In this document: piece by piece, positions 35,925 through 48,199 of the stretch | Position numbering within the stretch: the stretch's first letter is position 1 | Layout of the letters: each line of letters starts with the position of its first letter | DNA from: Azolla caroliniana | Lineage: Eukaryota; Plantae; Polypodiophyta | Reading direction: 5' to 3' | DNA: 64,000 nucleotides | Assembly: GCA_043228905.1 (NCBI GenBank) | Contig: JBHGNT010000003.1 | Span: forward strand, 18,352,001 to 18,416,000 | Notes under the pieces: model-generated | What the model saw: the letters and a program-made list of their open reading frames with translations, nothing else | What the model was told of the DNA's origin: nothing | The model's database searches: none | Position numbers and translations under genes: made by a program

Positions 35925-38900
35925 TTACATAGCAATTAAATCGTCCATGTCATTATCTTCTTCATCTCCTATAGAAGTCACTTCCGCTATACGTGCATTG
36001 TCTTCCCCTGATACTCGAGCCACCGTAAGATCTTTTATAAGCTCATCATCAAGCTCAATTAGCTCCCCCGGTTCCCCGGCTAATGGAGGAATAGGCTCTC
36101 GCGAAGCAAGTTGAAACCTTTCGGTATCAGCGACGTGCTTTGCACCGACCTCCTCGCCCTGCTCTAGGCACTCCCATAAAGCCTTAATCCTCATGTTTAT
36201 AAATACAACCTGCTCCTCGTCCTTCTCCAATGCAACTGTGTTTCTGAAGAGCTTCAATGCACATGCAAACATTGTCCTTGTGAAGAAAGCAATAAGAAGA
36301 ATTAGTTTTCAATCAAATAAGAATCAGTATTGGTTATCTCAATAATGTAAACCTAGTTCGAGGAATACATGTGCCAGAAAACAGGTCTAATATCCAATCT
36401 CCTTCTATAGAGAACATCTCGATCAGGCGCATCATAAGTCGTTGAGGTTTTTGGTATGGGTTGACAAGTCCCCGTTCTATCGAGGTTACATGTCACAATT
36501 TTCGTGTCACTGCTGGATATACCAGCATATTTGAACCCCCAACTTCATTTAAATGCACCTTAATTCTTTGTTTCTTTATTTCATCGAAGTAACCAACCGT
36601 AATATATTCAATGGCATTTACGAACCAAAAGGTTGGCCCTCTATTGACATTTGTTTTTATCCTATAACAAATATTTTATCAAGCTAAGAATAGACTCAAC
36701 AATATTAAGAAAGAAATATAGTAAATGAGACTTATAAATAATCCTTGCCATGCAAGGTTCTCGATGCAATTGCAGCGAGATCTCAAAGCTTGAGCTACCA
36801 AGTACCTTTGGTCCGTACTATGAAAGACAACTATCCTCCACAAGGATGCGGTCATTAGCTCAACAAAATCCTTAACCATCTTCTCTAATTGTTTGAACCT
36901 AAAAGGTTCAGCGTCGTATGATGACCCCGCCATTCGAAATCCATATGGAATATCAGCAATCATTAGCGTATATTCTTTCTTTGGCGCTTTTTCATTCATC
37001 TCAATGACATCGCCACAAATCACATTGTAGAAAATATCTCTAATAATATCCTTCTTGTGGCTAAATTTTTTGAAGAAGCCATCTTCCTCAATTTTGTACT
37101 CCTTGACTAAGCGACGATCCTTTTCTTTTCTGGCTCTCTCGAGATGTGCAAGGAAGGATGTTGGGAAATCGTGTATATCCTTGACTTCTCCTGGTTTCTT
37201 ACCATGACAGGATTTCTAATAGAGGCAATAAGACATCAAGTATTATTACAAATCGTCTACATATAAGAAAACTTGTATGAAAAACACCAATACTAACCCA
37301 ATCCTTGAATGCAATAAAATACTCCGATAACGCCTTATATGAAGACGTTACAGGATAATCCTCGGTCACTTGTTCCCAAGTTATGCATCCAAGTTGTTTC
37401 ATCATAACTTCTTGGATCTTCATGTAAACCTTATGACTGTCAAATCAGAAAACGATATTAGAAATTTCGATTGTACCATATTGAGTTCAATTAACTATTT
37501 GAAAGACTTACTTATTGAACTCGGTGACCATTTCTTCAATGCTTAATTCTTTTGCCATAACCCTTGACAAAATAGATACAAGAAGTTGCTCCTCCTAATA
37601 CCTTGCATTGCTCTCCATAGAGATAGGTTCATGTTGTCAGCCGCTTCTTCAATAGTTAAATCAATTTTCTTGGCCACTTGGGTCTTTAATTCCAATTGAG
37701 GGTCTACCTTACATTTCTTTTGTCGTTGACCCTTAACCTCCTTATTCTCCCACATTGTGAATATTTGATCTTGTAGGTCCCATACTTCTCCATCTCTGAA
37801 GGCAAGTTGAAACCAAGACTCATATTTCCGAAGACCATCCGACTTAACATTATCATCCACCACAATGCCAACCTCATGAAGGCATCGCCGTCGTTGGCCA
37901 GGGTGAAGCTTCACACCGAACTTTTGTTTGACGTCTAAGTATTCATGGTGGAAGAACCTTATCCATTCAATAAATGACATTTTTTTTCTATAGTCATTAT
38001 CGTTGTTGTGGTCCCATGACAAAACCTTTGCCTCTTTAGTTGTGAGCCCCACGTATATTTTGCACTTGACATACTTGAAGAAGTAAGTCGTTGGGTGCTC
38101 TCTAACAAGTTGCCTACGTGCCTCAACCGAATATGATCCACCAATTACAAAGTAATTATATTGATCATGGTTTTTGATGTCGAAGTCTTCAGTGGTGTCA
38201 TATTCTTCGGGATCCACCATTACAATGAAAGGCACAACTGTAGCATGTGGATTTATTTTCATTTTTTTCTTCAGATTCTGAAGATGCATTCAGTGTGGCT
38301 CTTTGATCTCAAGTGGTCTTCATCCTGTTTTCACATCAACTGGTGGCCTATGAATGTGTGTTATAGGCAAGTTAAAGACATGCCCTTTTCTCACCAGTTT
38401 TCGCTGCACTAACTCTCTCCGAATCTTATTCTACTCCAATGACAAGACACCAAATGCAAGCTTAGCACCTGGTGTCGCCCTAGTTTCATCATTTTCCATG
38501 GAGCTTGATGAGTCAGAGTCTAACATTTTAGTGGTCTTCTTTTTTGCTAGGCTTGATTGCACTTTAGATGCCTTTTTTGGGGCCTTGACCGGGGAGGGAG
38601 AGGGCTCCTTAGAGTTAGATGGCCTTGTATATATGGCCTTAAGGTTACGATAAGATTTTGTGAGCTCTCAAGATCTTTTCTAAAAGATTCAGGCCCACAA
38701 CATTTCTTTACTAGCCGATCTTTCGCTAGGTACACTTTACGTACCCCCCTCGAGCAATCTGTTATCACAAGAATGTTGACTGAATCTATGTCTTCATAGT
38801 CAAATCGTAAGATACGGCCATACATAAATCCAGTCTCTTTTTCAAGCTGACCGTCGCCTTTCTTCTTTGTTGTATACAACACGACTTTTTTCTTCGAGGC

Positions 38901-39146
38901 AACATACTACATAGACCATTTTTCTACGTTAGATCACGGTCAAGAAAGTCCTCACCACCATTGGCACCTAACAATTTCTTTTGGCCAACTTCGTCCGATG
39001 GTTGAGATTTAGTTTCTTCGTTGAAGAGAAGCTTTTTTCCTTTCTTCACGTTCTCAAGAACAATTTGTTTTTGGGTCTCCATTGGAGAGCCCTGATAACA
39101 GAGCTTAATTTTCTTAATAGGCTAGTCTGATAGGTTCTAAAGCGAT
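35925..39146 (-). pseudogene. Second, diverged ParB/Srx - N4C/N6A methyltransferase gene (copy 2)
   Basis: Introns at the same positions as copy 1 (37511-37437, after FKDW, after ENLAW, after DLFSGT). Motifs YFVIGGSYS, WDHNNDNDYR, LMIADIPYGF (36943-36954), NPYQKPQRLMMRLIEMFS, WILDLFSGT, VALEKD. Frameshifts, a CGA>TGA stop and damaged splice sites. Confidence 0.88.
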
Positions 39147-39480
39147 CTATTGAAGAAAGGCCATAAGTTAGCTAGTTCCCTAGATTTAGGTTAACTATCA
39201 AAATTCAAATAGCCAGACTATGACAAACACAAGCAATGTATTTGTGCTAAACCCTTATCTTTAATTAAATTCAGACATGAACATCATAGACCTTTATTGT
39301 CAACTTTGAATTTGTGGGTTATTGAACTTGGAAAATTATATATTATTCAGAGTTTTACGAGGATATGTATCATGTTGAATGGTAGGTAATGTCACATTGA
39401 TGTCATAACCCATATTTTGAGAATTTTATTGCGATAGGTCTCATTTTTTACCCAAGGTATGGACATATTGGTATTATAAC

Positions 39481-39927
39481 TGTAAAGAATCGGGTATGAT
39501 TCTTGTGTAGCAGAAGAGATGTGTGTTATGTGTATGTGTGAGAGGAATCAGAGGAGAGATGAGAGAACACAAGATAGATAGAAAAAGGAATACTCAAGAA
39601 GAAGGTGTATATTTTACAAATAGAATAAAAATTACAAAATGTAGCATAACAAGGAGTCACAACCGACTTAGTATGAAGTGTGAGGAGGGTCCTTTATATA
39701 TAATCACCCTCTCTCTTCATTAACTAACTACAACAACCACTCTCTCTCTTGGGGACTCCACTATATATAAGAAGGTTATATCACGTGCGTTCATGACATC
39801 ATTTATAAACCCCTTATACGTATGTTTTTTACTATTTTAGAGGCCCTTTTGTAAAATAAAGATTAATAAAAATACCCCCTATTACCAATATATTTTTTGA
39901 TAACCACCCATTTAAAATGCCCTTACA
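39481..39927 (-). mobile_element. Possible solo LTR fragment
   Basis: TGTAAAG...CCTTACA termini, minus-strand TATA box and a CT-rich R/U5-like tract. No TSD found. Confidence 0.3.
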
Positions 39928-41469
39928 TAGAAACTATACATGCACACATAGTTTCTAATCCAAGAAACCTAGAATGGATCTATGACCCTCTTTACAATTG
40001 ATGACTCACAAATTTGTGAAAGAAAATTAAACATCATATGCAATTTTGTAGAAATGCTTCATCAAGTACAACATAAATTGAAAACACAATGTGTAAAGTA
40101 TACAGTAATGCACAAACATTTAAAAAACATTAGAGGTATATCATGTATAAGCCACATATAAGTTCATGTCGATAGTTTATTTAAACATATGAAGAATATG
40201 AAGTGATAAAAAAGAATGTAATTTACAAAAAAAACAATCTTAAACTTGACATGGGACAATCCAAATGCATATCAATAATGAAATTACTAACAAATTAACA
40301 TTATGTTTGGTTTCATGGATAAACTCATAAGAAGCCACTACATTATTTTTTCCCAAATACATTGATCAAACAAATGACAACATATGTTATATTTCCATTT
40401 GAAATGTAAGACATCACACTATAAAAATGAGATAAAATTAATCATTTTGTTATTCAATGTCTACTTAAAATACTTATTACAATAAAGGTTATCTTCATAA
40501 AAACCAACTATATAAATAGAAAACCCAAAGAAGCTTATTTTAGGTTATAAATTTCATGTAGTTTTTATCTTCAATGTTGGACCTGTATTATAGCCATGAC
40601 ATCACTCTACGCCTTCTCCACATCTTTGGTTTGTTTCATACTTTCTTTCTAAATCTCAATAATATGGCCTTTCAAGGAGGATGGCGCTTGTTGCTCTCTT
40701 GGTTGCTCATTTCCTTCTAAGTAGTTCATGCAAGGCATGAGGAAAAGCAAAAGTTGCATTTCTATCCAAATCAATAACTCATAAACAAAATCGTCATAAA
40801 AAAATACCAGAATAGTTATTAAGGATCATTGATATAGGACTTCTATATAATTGGGTCCAAAACTAACTCTTATACTTTCTTTATGACAAAACAATCCAAT
40901 CTTAGCTTATGTATTTCATATATCAATGACTTACGTTCAAAAAAAATTCTAAATTTTATCCAAAATATATTCTTTTCCAAAGTTTTGGGGGTTTCAAATT
41001 TCCTGCTGTAAAATTTAGAAACTTATTTGAGAATAAGTCAAGTTATTAATGGTCATGACGTGGGACACAAGTATGTACCTACACCAATGGGCCTCATACA
41101 ACTCTTATATGGTTTCTATAGATGATATATCATATCTAAGCCATCCTTGGAAAAATAATGCTTCAATTTCTCAGCTTTAGTGTTACTACAAGACCATATG
41201 AGAACCATCGTATACTATCAATTTCTCAGCTTTAGTGCATTTCCAAAACTATGAACATTTATGGTAAATAATCATGAATAAATAGATCCACAACTATGAG
41301 GATTCATGATCAGTAATAAAAAAACAAATTTACATATTTAAGAACAAACTAGACAAAGATGTATGTTTTCTCTCTAGCGGAATTGTTTCTACCACCATCA
41401 AACAAGCAAGCAGATAAACATGGTTGGCCACCAATGACAACTAACCATTTTAAAAAATTCAATAGAAAC

Positions 41470-42706
41470 CTGGGATACAAAAAGTTGGGCCTATCCCCTC
41501 CACTCAAATAATCCTTGAGCATACGTAGATGATACTCAAGGATCTAATAATGGCAATAAAAAAAGGATCTTCATAAAAATTAGAGAGGGCTCAATCAATA
41601 CCATTATAATTATGAAATTATACAGTAAACCAAAGTTTATATTACCTCTCAATATATGAGTTCCCTTACATCCTCTTTTGAAACTCTTCTCCTCTCGAAT
41701 TCAAACTCCAACTTACTGATGGGTTGTGCAGCCAGTTCACACTCCACCTTAGCTAAGGCCTTGAAATAAAGATTTACTAAGGCCTTCACAAAAACTAGTA
41801 AAACTTTTAGCAATCTCTTCTTGGACTCAAACTAGAATAAATACAAGCACAAACTCTACTTTCATATTCATCAAAGATGAAACAAGTTCAATGAGAGTGT
41901 GTCTTCTTTGCAAAAGGACAATCTTTTAGATCAAAAACAAAAAGCTTTTCAAGAAGACGAAGAGCCAATGGATTTCTATTTTGGAAATTTCTTAGAAAGT
42001 TGCATCGATGACTTTTTCGCCATAGTCATGACCCATAAGATACTTCCTTGCTTTCTCATTTCTCACCTGCAGTAATTTCATCATCAGAATGGTGTGAATA
42101 ATAAAATATACCTAGAAGATTCACAAATTCCTAGTGAAAACAGATGAGATAACCAACCCGTGAAATAACATCTATCGGTGGAGTACCAAGTAGGTATGTG
42201 ATTAGATCCAGTTGGTGAACTACATTATTTCCAAGGAAAAGAGGTTTTCCTAATATAATCTCTGCAAAGATGCATCCAATGCTCTAGATATCATTGGCTA
42301 GAGTGTACTATAGTAAGAAATATAAAGAAGGGTCAGGTTAAGGGAGTATTTAAAGGCATAACCTGGTGTTCTTAGAAGTTCAAGGACGACCTTGGAATAT
42401 AATGGAGATACAAGTTAGGGTGTGGATACACATGTTTTTGTCTCATGCATTCATTACAATATCTAATCTCCCTAGATTACCCCCAAAGACAAATGAGTAC
42501 AATACACACATTATTGAAAGCAATCAAATTTAACACCAGATATAGCAATGATCAAAATATTGTGAAATTTCTAGTAATCATTCATGGTCATAAATATCAA
42601 TAGTCCTAAAAAGGAGGTAATAATTCAAACAAATAAATGAACTCACTTTGGAAAAGAAGGATCCCAATAATTTTGGAGCACGATACCATCTTGTGGCGAC
42701 ATAATC
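41470..42706 (-). pseudogene. Plant group-D (TDY-type, MPK9/15/16-like) MAP kinase pseudogene, C-terminal exons
   Basis: Exons DYVATRWYRAPKLLGSFFSK | [36 protein letters not shown] | VRNEKARKYL..PLALRLLEK | LYFKALAKVE..QPISKLEFEFERRRVSKEDVRELIY* | ILEYHLRMLKDYLSGG..FLYPS. In-frame stops. Confidence 0.88.
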
Positions 42707-42889
42707 TTGTACAAAGATACAAAATAATAACTTAATTATCTCTCAGCACCTAAAGATTGCAAATTGCGTGTTAAGAACATGGAATGTGTATATTTAAAGA
42801 GATTACTATATTGTCTGGAATATAGTCGTTGGGTTGTCATGACATACAACTCTTGTCAATCCGAAATCACATATTTTAACCTTGCAATC

Positions 42890-43338
42890 AACATTTGCAA
42901 GCACACGTGTGTGTGTGTGTGCACGCGCGCGCATATGTATGTATTGTATTGTATTCCATGTTATGTATGTATGTGTGTACATATTGTATTGTATTCATTG
43001 AATTGCATGTGTATGTATTAACATATTATATTGTAATGCATGTGTTGTATGTATGGAATGTGTGTGTGAATGTTGCATTGTATTGTATGTATGGAATGTG
43101 TGTATGTATGTGTTAGATATGTGTGTGAGTATATGTTTTATACATGTGCATATGCATGTATTTTATTGCATGTGTGTGTATGTATGTGTTAGATATGTGT
43201 GTGAATATATGTTCTATACATGTGCATATGCATGTATTTTATTGCATGTGTGTGTATGTATGTGTGTGAGTATATGTTCTATACATGTGCATATGCATGT
43301 ATTTTATTGCATGTGTGTGTATGTATGTGTTGTTTGTG

Positions 43339-43371
<33 letters not shown>

Positions 43372-43420
43372 CATATGTATGTATAATTGTATTGTATGTA
43401 TGGAATGTGTGTATGCATGT
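42890..43420. repeat. (TG/TA/TATG)n degenerate satellite, part 1
   Basis: Low-complexity tgtatgtatgtgtg; continues after Copia 3. Confidence 0.95.
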
Positions 43421-44944
43421 TGTTGAGCGGCAAGCTCAACCGGATCCGGATCGACTGAATAAGCTTGAGCCGAATCGGCATCTAGAAGGATGAGTCGGTG
43501 AGCAAGTGAGCCGGTTAGCGGGATCAAACATTAACCGGAAGCCTAGTAGCAGCCTAGAGTACTAGGTAGTTAGTGTCGTAGTTAGTATCAGACGCTCATG
43601 TGAGCATTGCAATACGCGGTACTTCTGTCAGTCCTCTTAGGACTTGTATAAATAGTGTTGTTGAGCATGTTGTATAAAGACAGAGAACTATTATTGTTTT
43701 GTAATAGATTTTTAGTGTTCTACTCATTCTCTATCTCTCCCGCGTACATTCTGTGTTTCTTTTTCTCTCTCTCTCTCTCTGTCTATTGCTATCCGGCGAA
43801 GCCGGTTTGTCTGACGCTTCCGCACCTTCGTTTTTACATGGTATCAGAGTGCGAGGGTTGAGAATCTCTGCAGCCGACATCAACATCTGAAGACAAACCC
43901 TAAGACCCGGTAAGAACAGAAAGAGAAGTGATGGATAGAGGAATGGCTAGCTCGCTCCCGGTGGAGAAGCTCGACAGATCTAACTACACATTTTGGTCAT
44001 ACAAGATGCATCAGTACCTGCTTGGGCATGGTTACTGGAGCTATGTCGACGGAGCTAACGACACAGCACCTGATGCAGCACACAAGGACTTCCCAGTGTG
44101 GGAACAAGCAGCAAGCAGAGTGATGTACTGCTTTGCGTCTAGTGTCGGAGACCAGCTGCTGAGCCATGTCCGAGATGCCAAGATGCCAAAAGAAGCTTGG
44201 GGAAACCTGAAGAAGGTTTTTGTGGCAAGCACTACGGCTCGGAAGCTGCAACTCCGACAGGAGTTGAACAATGTCCGACAGAAGGACATGTCAGTAGCCG
44301 ATTACACGACCCGAATCAAAGAGATCTGTGACTCACCTGCGTCTATCAACGTCACTGTAGAGGAAGATGAGATGGTGCAGATCTGTCTTGGGGGCCTAGT
44401 GTCTAAGTTCAAAGCGTTCCGAACGGCGGTATGTACAAGGGAGAATACGCCATCATTTTTTGACTTACAGTCGATGCTCCTTGTAGAGGAGAACCACGCC
44501 GGTGCGTCAACAAGTGCACCCACCGAAGGCGGATCGGCCTCGTGGGCATGGTGGACGAGGCGGGTCGGCTAGAAATGGTAGCGGCCGGCAAGAGTAGGAC
44601 TGAAGGCATAGAGAACATGCCGATAGCAGTTCCGGACCCTCCACAAGTAGGGGGAGTCAAAGCGGCGCCAAAGGCCGGCAACCAAAGGCCGACACGGAAT
44701 GCTGGTACTATGGTAAAAAGGGCCATAGCGAAAGAGAGTGCTGGAAGAAGCGCGCCGATTCGGACAGATCCGGATCCGGCAAGGCCGACAGAGAGAACCG
44801 GCAATACTCGCACTATGGAGAAGGATCGAGAGGATCCAAAACTGGAACAGCAGGTAAAGGGCCAGCCTTGGTGATGAAACACGAGGCGTACTCAATGAAG
44901 AAGACCACTTCCAAATCGAAGGAAGTGTGGTACGTTGATTCCGG

Positions 44945-45813
44945 TGTCGTAGTGTATTTCGTACACTACGTGAAAAAGTAAAAAATAATATAACCGATTT
45001 AATTACATATAAATAAATAAAATAATATATCAAGATATTTATCACGTGCATAGGGCAAGATTTGAACCCTATACCTCCACGTAGCCAAACCTCAACTTTA
45101 CCATTATACTACCTTATCTTTAGTGTTCTATAAATAGATTTAATAACTATAAGTGCTTTATTTGCGCCTACCTTTATTAAAAGGTAAATCGTGCATTTTT
45201 AGAGTGTGTGAATATTTTATAGAAAAACGCAAGCGACTAAAAAGTGACTCATGCACATCTAGCGTGCATGAGCACTATATTTAGCAAATAAAAGCAAGGA
45301 TTAGAAAAGCATCACATGCACATTTAGTGTGCATGAACATATTAGAAAAAAAGCATGTAGCTATGCTTAGTCTCTCCCATCACTACATAAGGATGGGGAG
45401 CACAATGTAATAGGTGTGTGAAAAATATTTGGGAAATTGGATATATTTCCTAAAACACCAACAATCAATAAAATATACTCGTGGGATTCACGAAGTTTAA
45501 GATAATCTATCTCTTTCAATCTAAATTCATATTCTTACATAAATATTGATTAATGTAATACTTGTGGGATTCACAAGGTTTGATCTCTTTTCTCAATCTA
45601 CTCTAATCTATTCTAAATTATTTCAATTTATTACTACGATTTAGATAAACTAAAACAATTATACTTGTGGGGTTCACAAGTTTCTATATCTCTTTCTTAT
45701 AATCTATTCATATTCATAACTAGATTAGCCTCAAATTCTTCCTCCTCCTAGTCCAAAACCTCGGTGGTTCCCACCCGACTCACGCAAACGATCCGGAGCC
45801 GAAAGGCACGACA
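44945..45813. mobile_element. Solo LTR (869 bp) with 4-bp TSD CCGG
   Basis: TGTCGT...ACGACA termini. Removing it restores GAT TCC GGT GCT (DSGA) of the host protease. Confidence 0.9.
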
Positions 45814-47460
45814 CCGGTGCTTTGAATCACATGACAAGCCACAAAGAGTGGTTCTCTTTCCTGGAGAAACCGAAACAACTGGGAGTTGTCGAAACTAGAG
45901 ACGACACTCCTCACCCAATCGTGCATGTCGGAGAAGTCCCTTTGAGCCGCGTCGGACAGAGAGGGAAGTTGATGAATGTATTACACGTTCCGACTATCAC
46001 GAAGAACCTGGTGTCGGTTGGACAGATTGTCAACCAGGGGATGTAGGTGCAGTTTACGCACCTTGGGTGCTTCATCGAGGAAGAGGGCCAAATCATTGCG
46101 CAAGGGCGCAGAGACAGGAGGATGTTTATCCTCAACACCAATGACGTCGGCACCGCTTTGTTCGCCAAACGACAGAAGATTGAATCGGATATCGATCTCT
46201 GGCACAAGCAGATCGGCCACGTCAATTATTGAAGGCTTCAAGACCTGCAATCGAAACAAGTCGTTTTCGGTTTGCCAAAATTTAGCGATCGGAAGGCCGA
46301 AATTTGTGAAGCCTACCAACTCGGGAAGCAACATCGGCTTCCATTCCCCACCGAACAAAACCGTAGCCATAACAAGATCGACCTTATTCACTCGGATGTA
46401 TGGGGACCAACACAAAACGTTAGTCTTGGCGGATGTCGATATTTCGTCTCCTTCATCGACGACTACAACCGGCACACATGGATCTACCTCATTGACCGGA
46501 AGAGCGAAGTCTTCGAGTGTTGTCGGAACCTGCAAAGCCTGGTTGAACGGGAAACGAAGAGGAAGATCAAGTTCCTGCGATCGGATGGCGGGAAAGAATA
46601 CTTTTTCGGCTAATTCAACAATTATCTGCAGCAGAATGAAATTCGGAGAGAATTCAGTTGCAGGTACACACTAGAGCAAAATGGTGTGGCCAAAAGGAAG
46701 AACCGGTCGATTGTCGACGCGTCAAGGGCAATGCTGGAGGAGAAGAGCATGCCCCATTTCTACTGGGCTGAGGTGGTCCGAACGACCATCTACATCCAAA
46801 ACCGGATCGGTGACTAGGTGTCAGCACATGACCTGTATTTCGGGTGCAAGCCGAATTTGAGACACCTTCGAATATTCGGTAGCATTGCATATGTGCATGT
46901 GCCGGATGAGAAGCGGAGGAAGCTGGATGCAAAGTCAGAGAAATGCAAAGGGGTACAAGTGTTATAACCCCCGGACGAAGCATGTCCGAGTAAGCCGAGA
47001 TGTCGAGTTCGATGAATCGACATCATGGTACTCCTTACCGGCTCCGACTTCCGACCCCGATCCGATACCGGAGGATGAGGCTAGTGAGCCTGAACCGGTC
47101 TAGTTAGAAGACGAAGGGTTCGAGACTCTAGATGAGAGTCCGGAATCGTTTCGGTTGAGTGGACCGAATGAGCGACTGAGTCAGGATGACTAGTCGGATG
47201 AGGAACCGGCGAGTAGTGAAGACTCTACCGTGCTCTCCCCACGCAAGGAACTGAGGAGATGGTTCACGTGCAAAGAGAAGGGGAAGAAGAAGATGCCAGA
47301 ATATGAAACCGGCAACGTTGAGTCGGATCGGAGCAAATCCGACTCCGGAAAGGATGAATTTGGATCTTCGGGAATGAAGTCTGAACCGGCCAAGAAGGGC
47401 CCCAAACCGGGTAACGATAAGTTACGCCGATCTTCCCGCCAGAAGAACCCCATGAAGCGG

Positions 47461-48199
47461 TGTCGTGAAGATTTCCGGCTACGGTGAGAAAACCGGGAGG
47501 GACAAATAAATGGGGATGTGCAACATTGCACATGCACTTGTAAATTTGTATGATGAGAATAAGATAACAAAATGTAAAGGGGAAGGGTAATAATCTAAGG
47601 TGCTAAAGGTGCACCACGAAGTTCATAGAGGCATAAATGTGATGTGCACTTTGTAGAGTAGAATGAGTAGTGGGCATTGAGAGTGAATGTGATAGGAGAG
47701 AGAGAGAGTTAAGGCACACCGATTTAAGATCAAGGGAGATATTCCCCATTAAAGGAAAGGGGATTGGACTCCCTCTTGTAATGTGGTCACCCCTTACTAC
47801 TATAAAAGGGAGTGAGGGGTCACTTGTGAAGGGGTTGCCTATTTTGAGTGAGAGAGGTATACCACTTAGGTCGAGGGTTCTTTTTGGGGTTTTAGGGTTT
47901 CTTCTTGGGTTTCTTTTAGGGTTTCTATGCTTCTCTATTTACTTATCCGGTTAGGGTTTTCTTGTAATCGTTTAGGTGCGGCCTATGCGGTGTTGGTTGT
48001 AATCATTCATGGAATCTTAATATAACTTGTTGTGTATCTTGCCTCCATCTATTATATTCTATGTTTATGTGTTATTCTTCCTCTTCTCCTCTTGAGCTAA
48101 GCTTCCATTTTGTGTCTTATTCCTTCTCCTCTACTCCCTAGTCCAAGACCCCCGTGATCCCGCCTCGAATCCTACACGCGCTCACGGAATACCGTGACA
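47461..48199. mobile_element. Solo LTR (739 bp) with 4-bp TSD GCGG/GTGG
   Basis: TGTCGTG...CGTGACA termini. Removing it restores NPMKRYGYSEY of the host polyprotein. Contains a TATAAAAG box. Confidence 0.88.
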
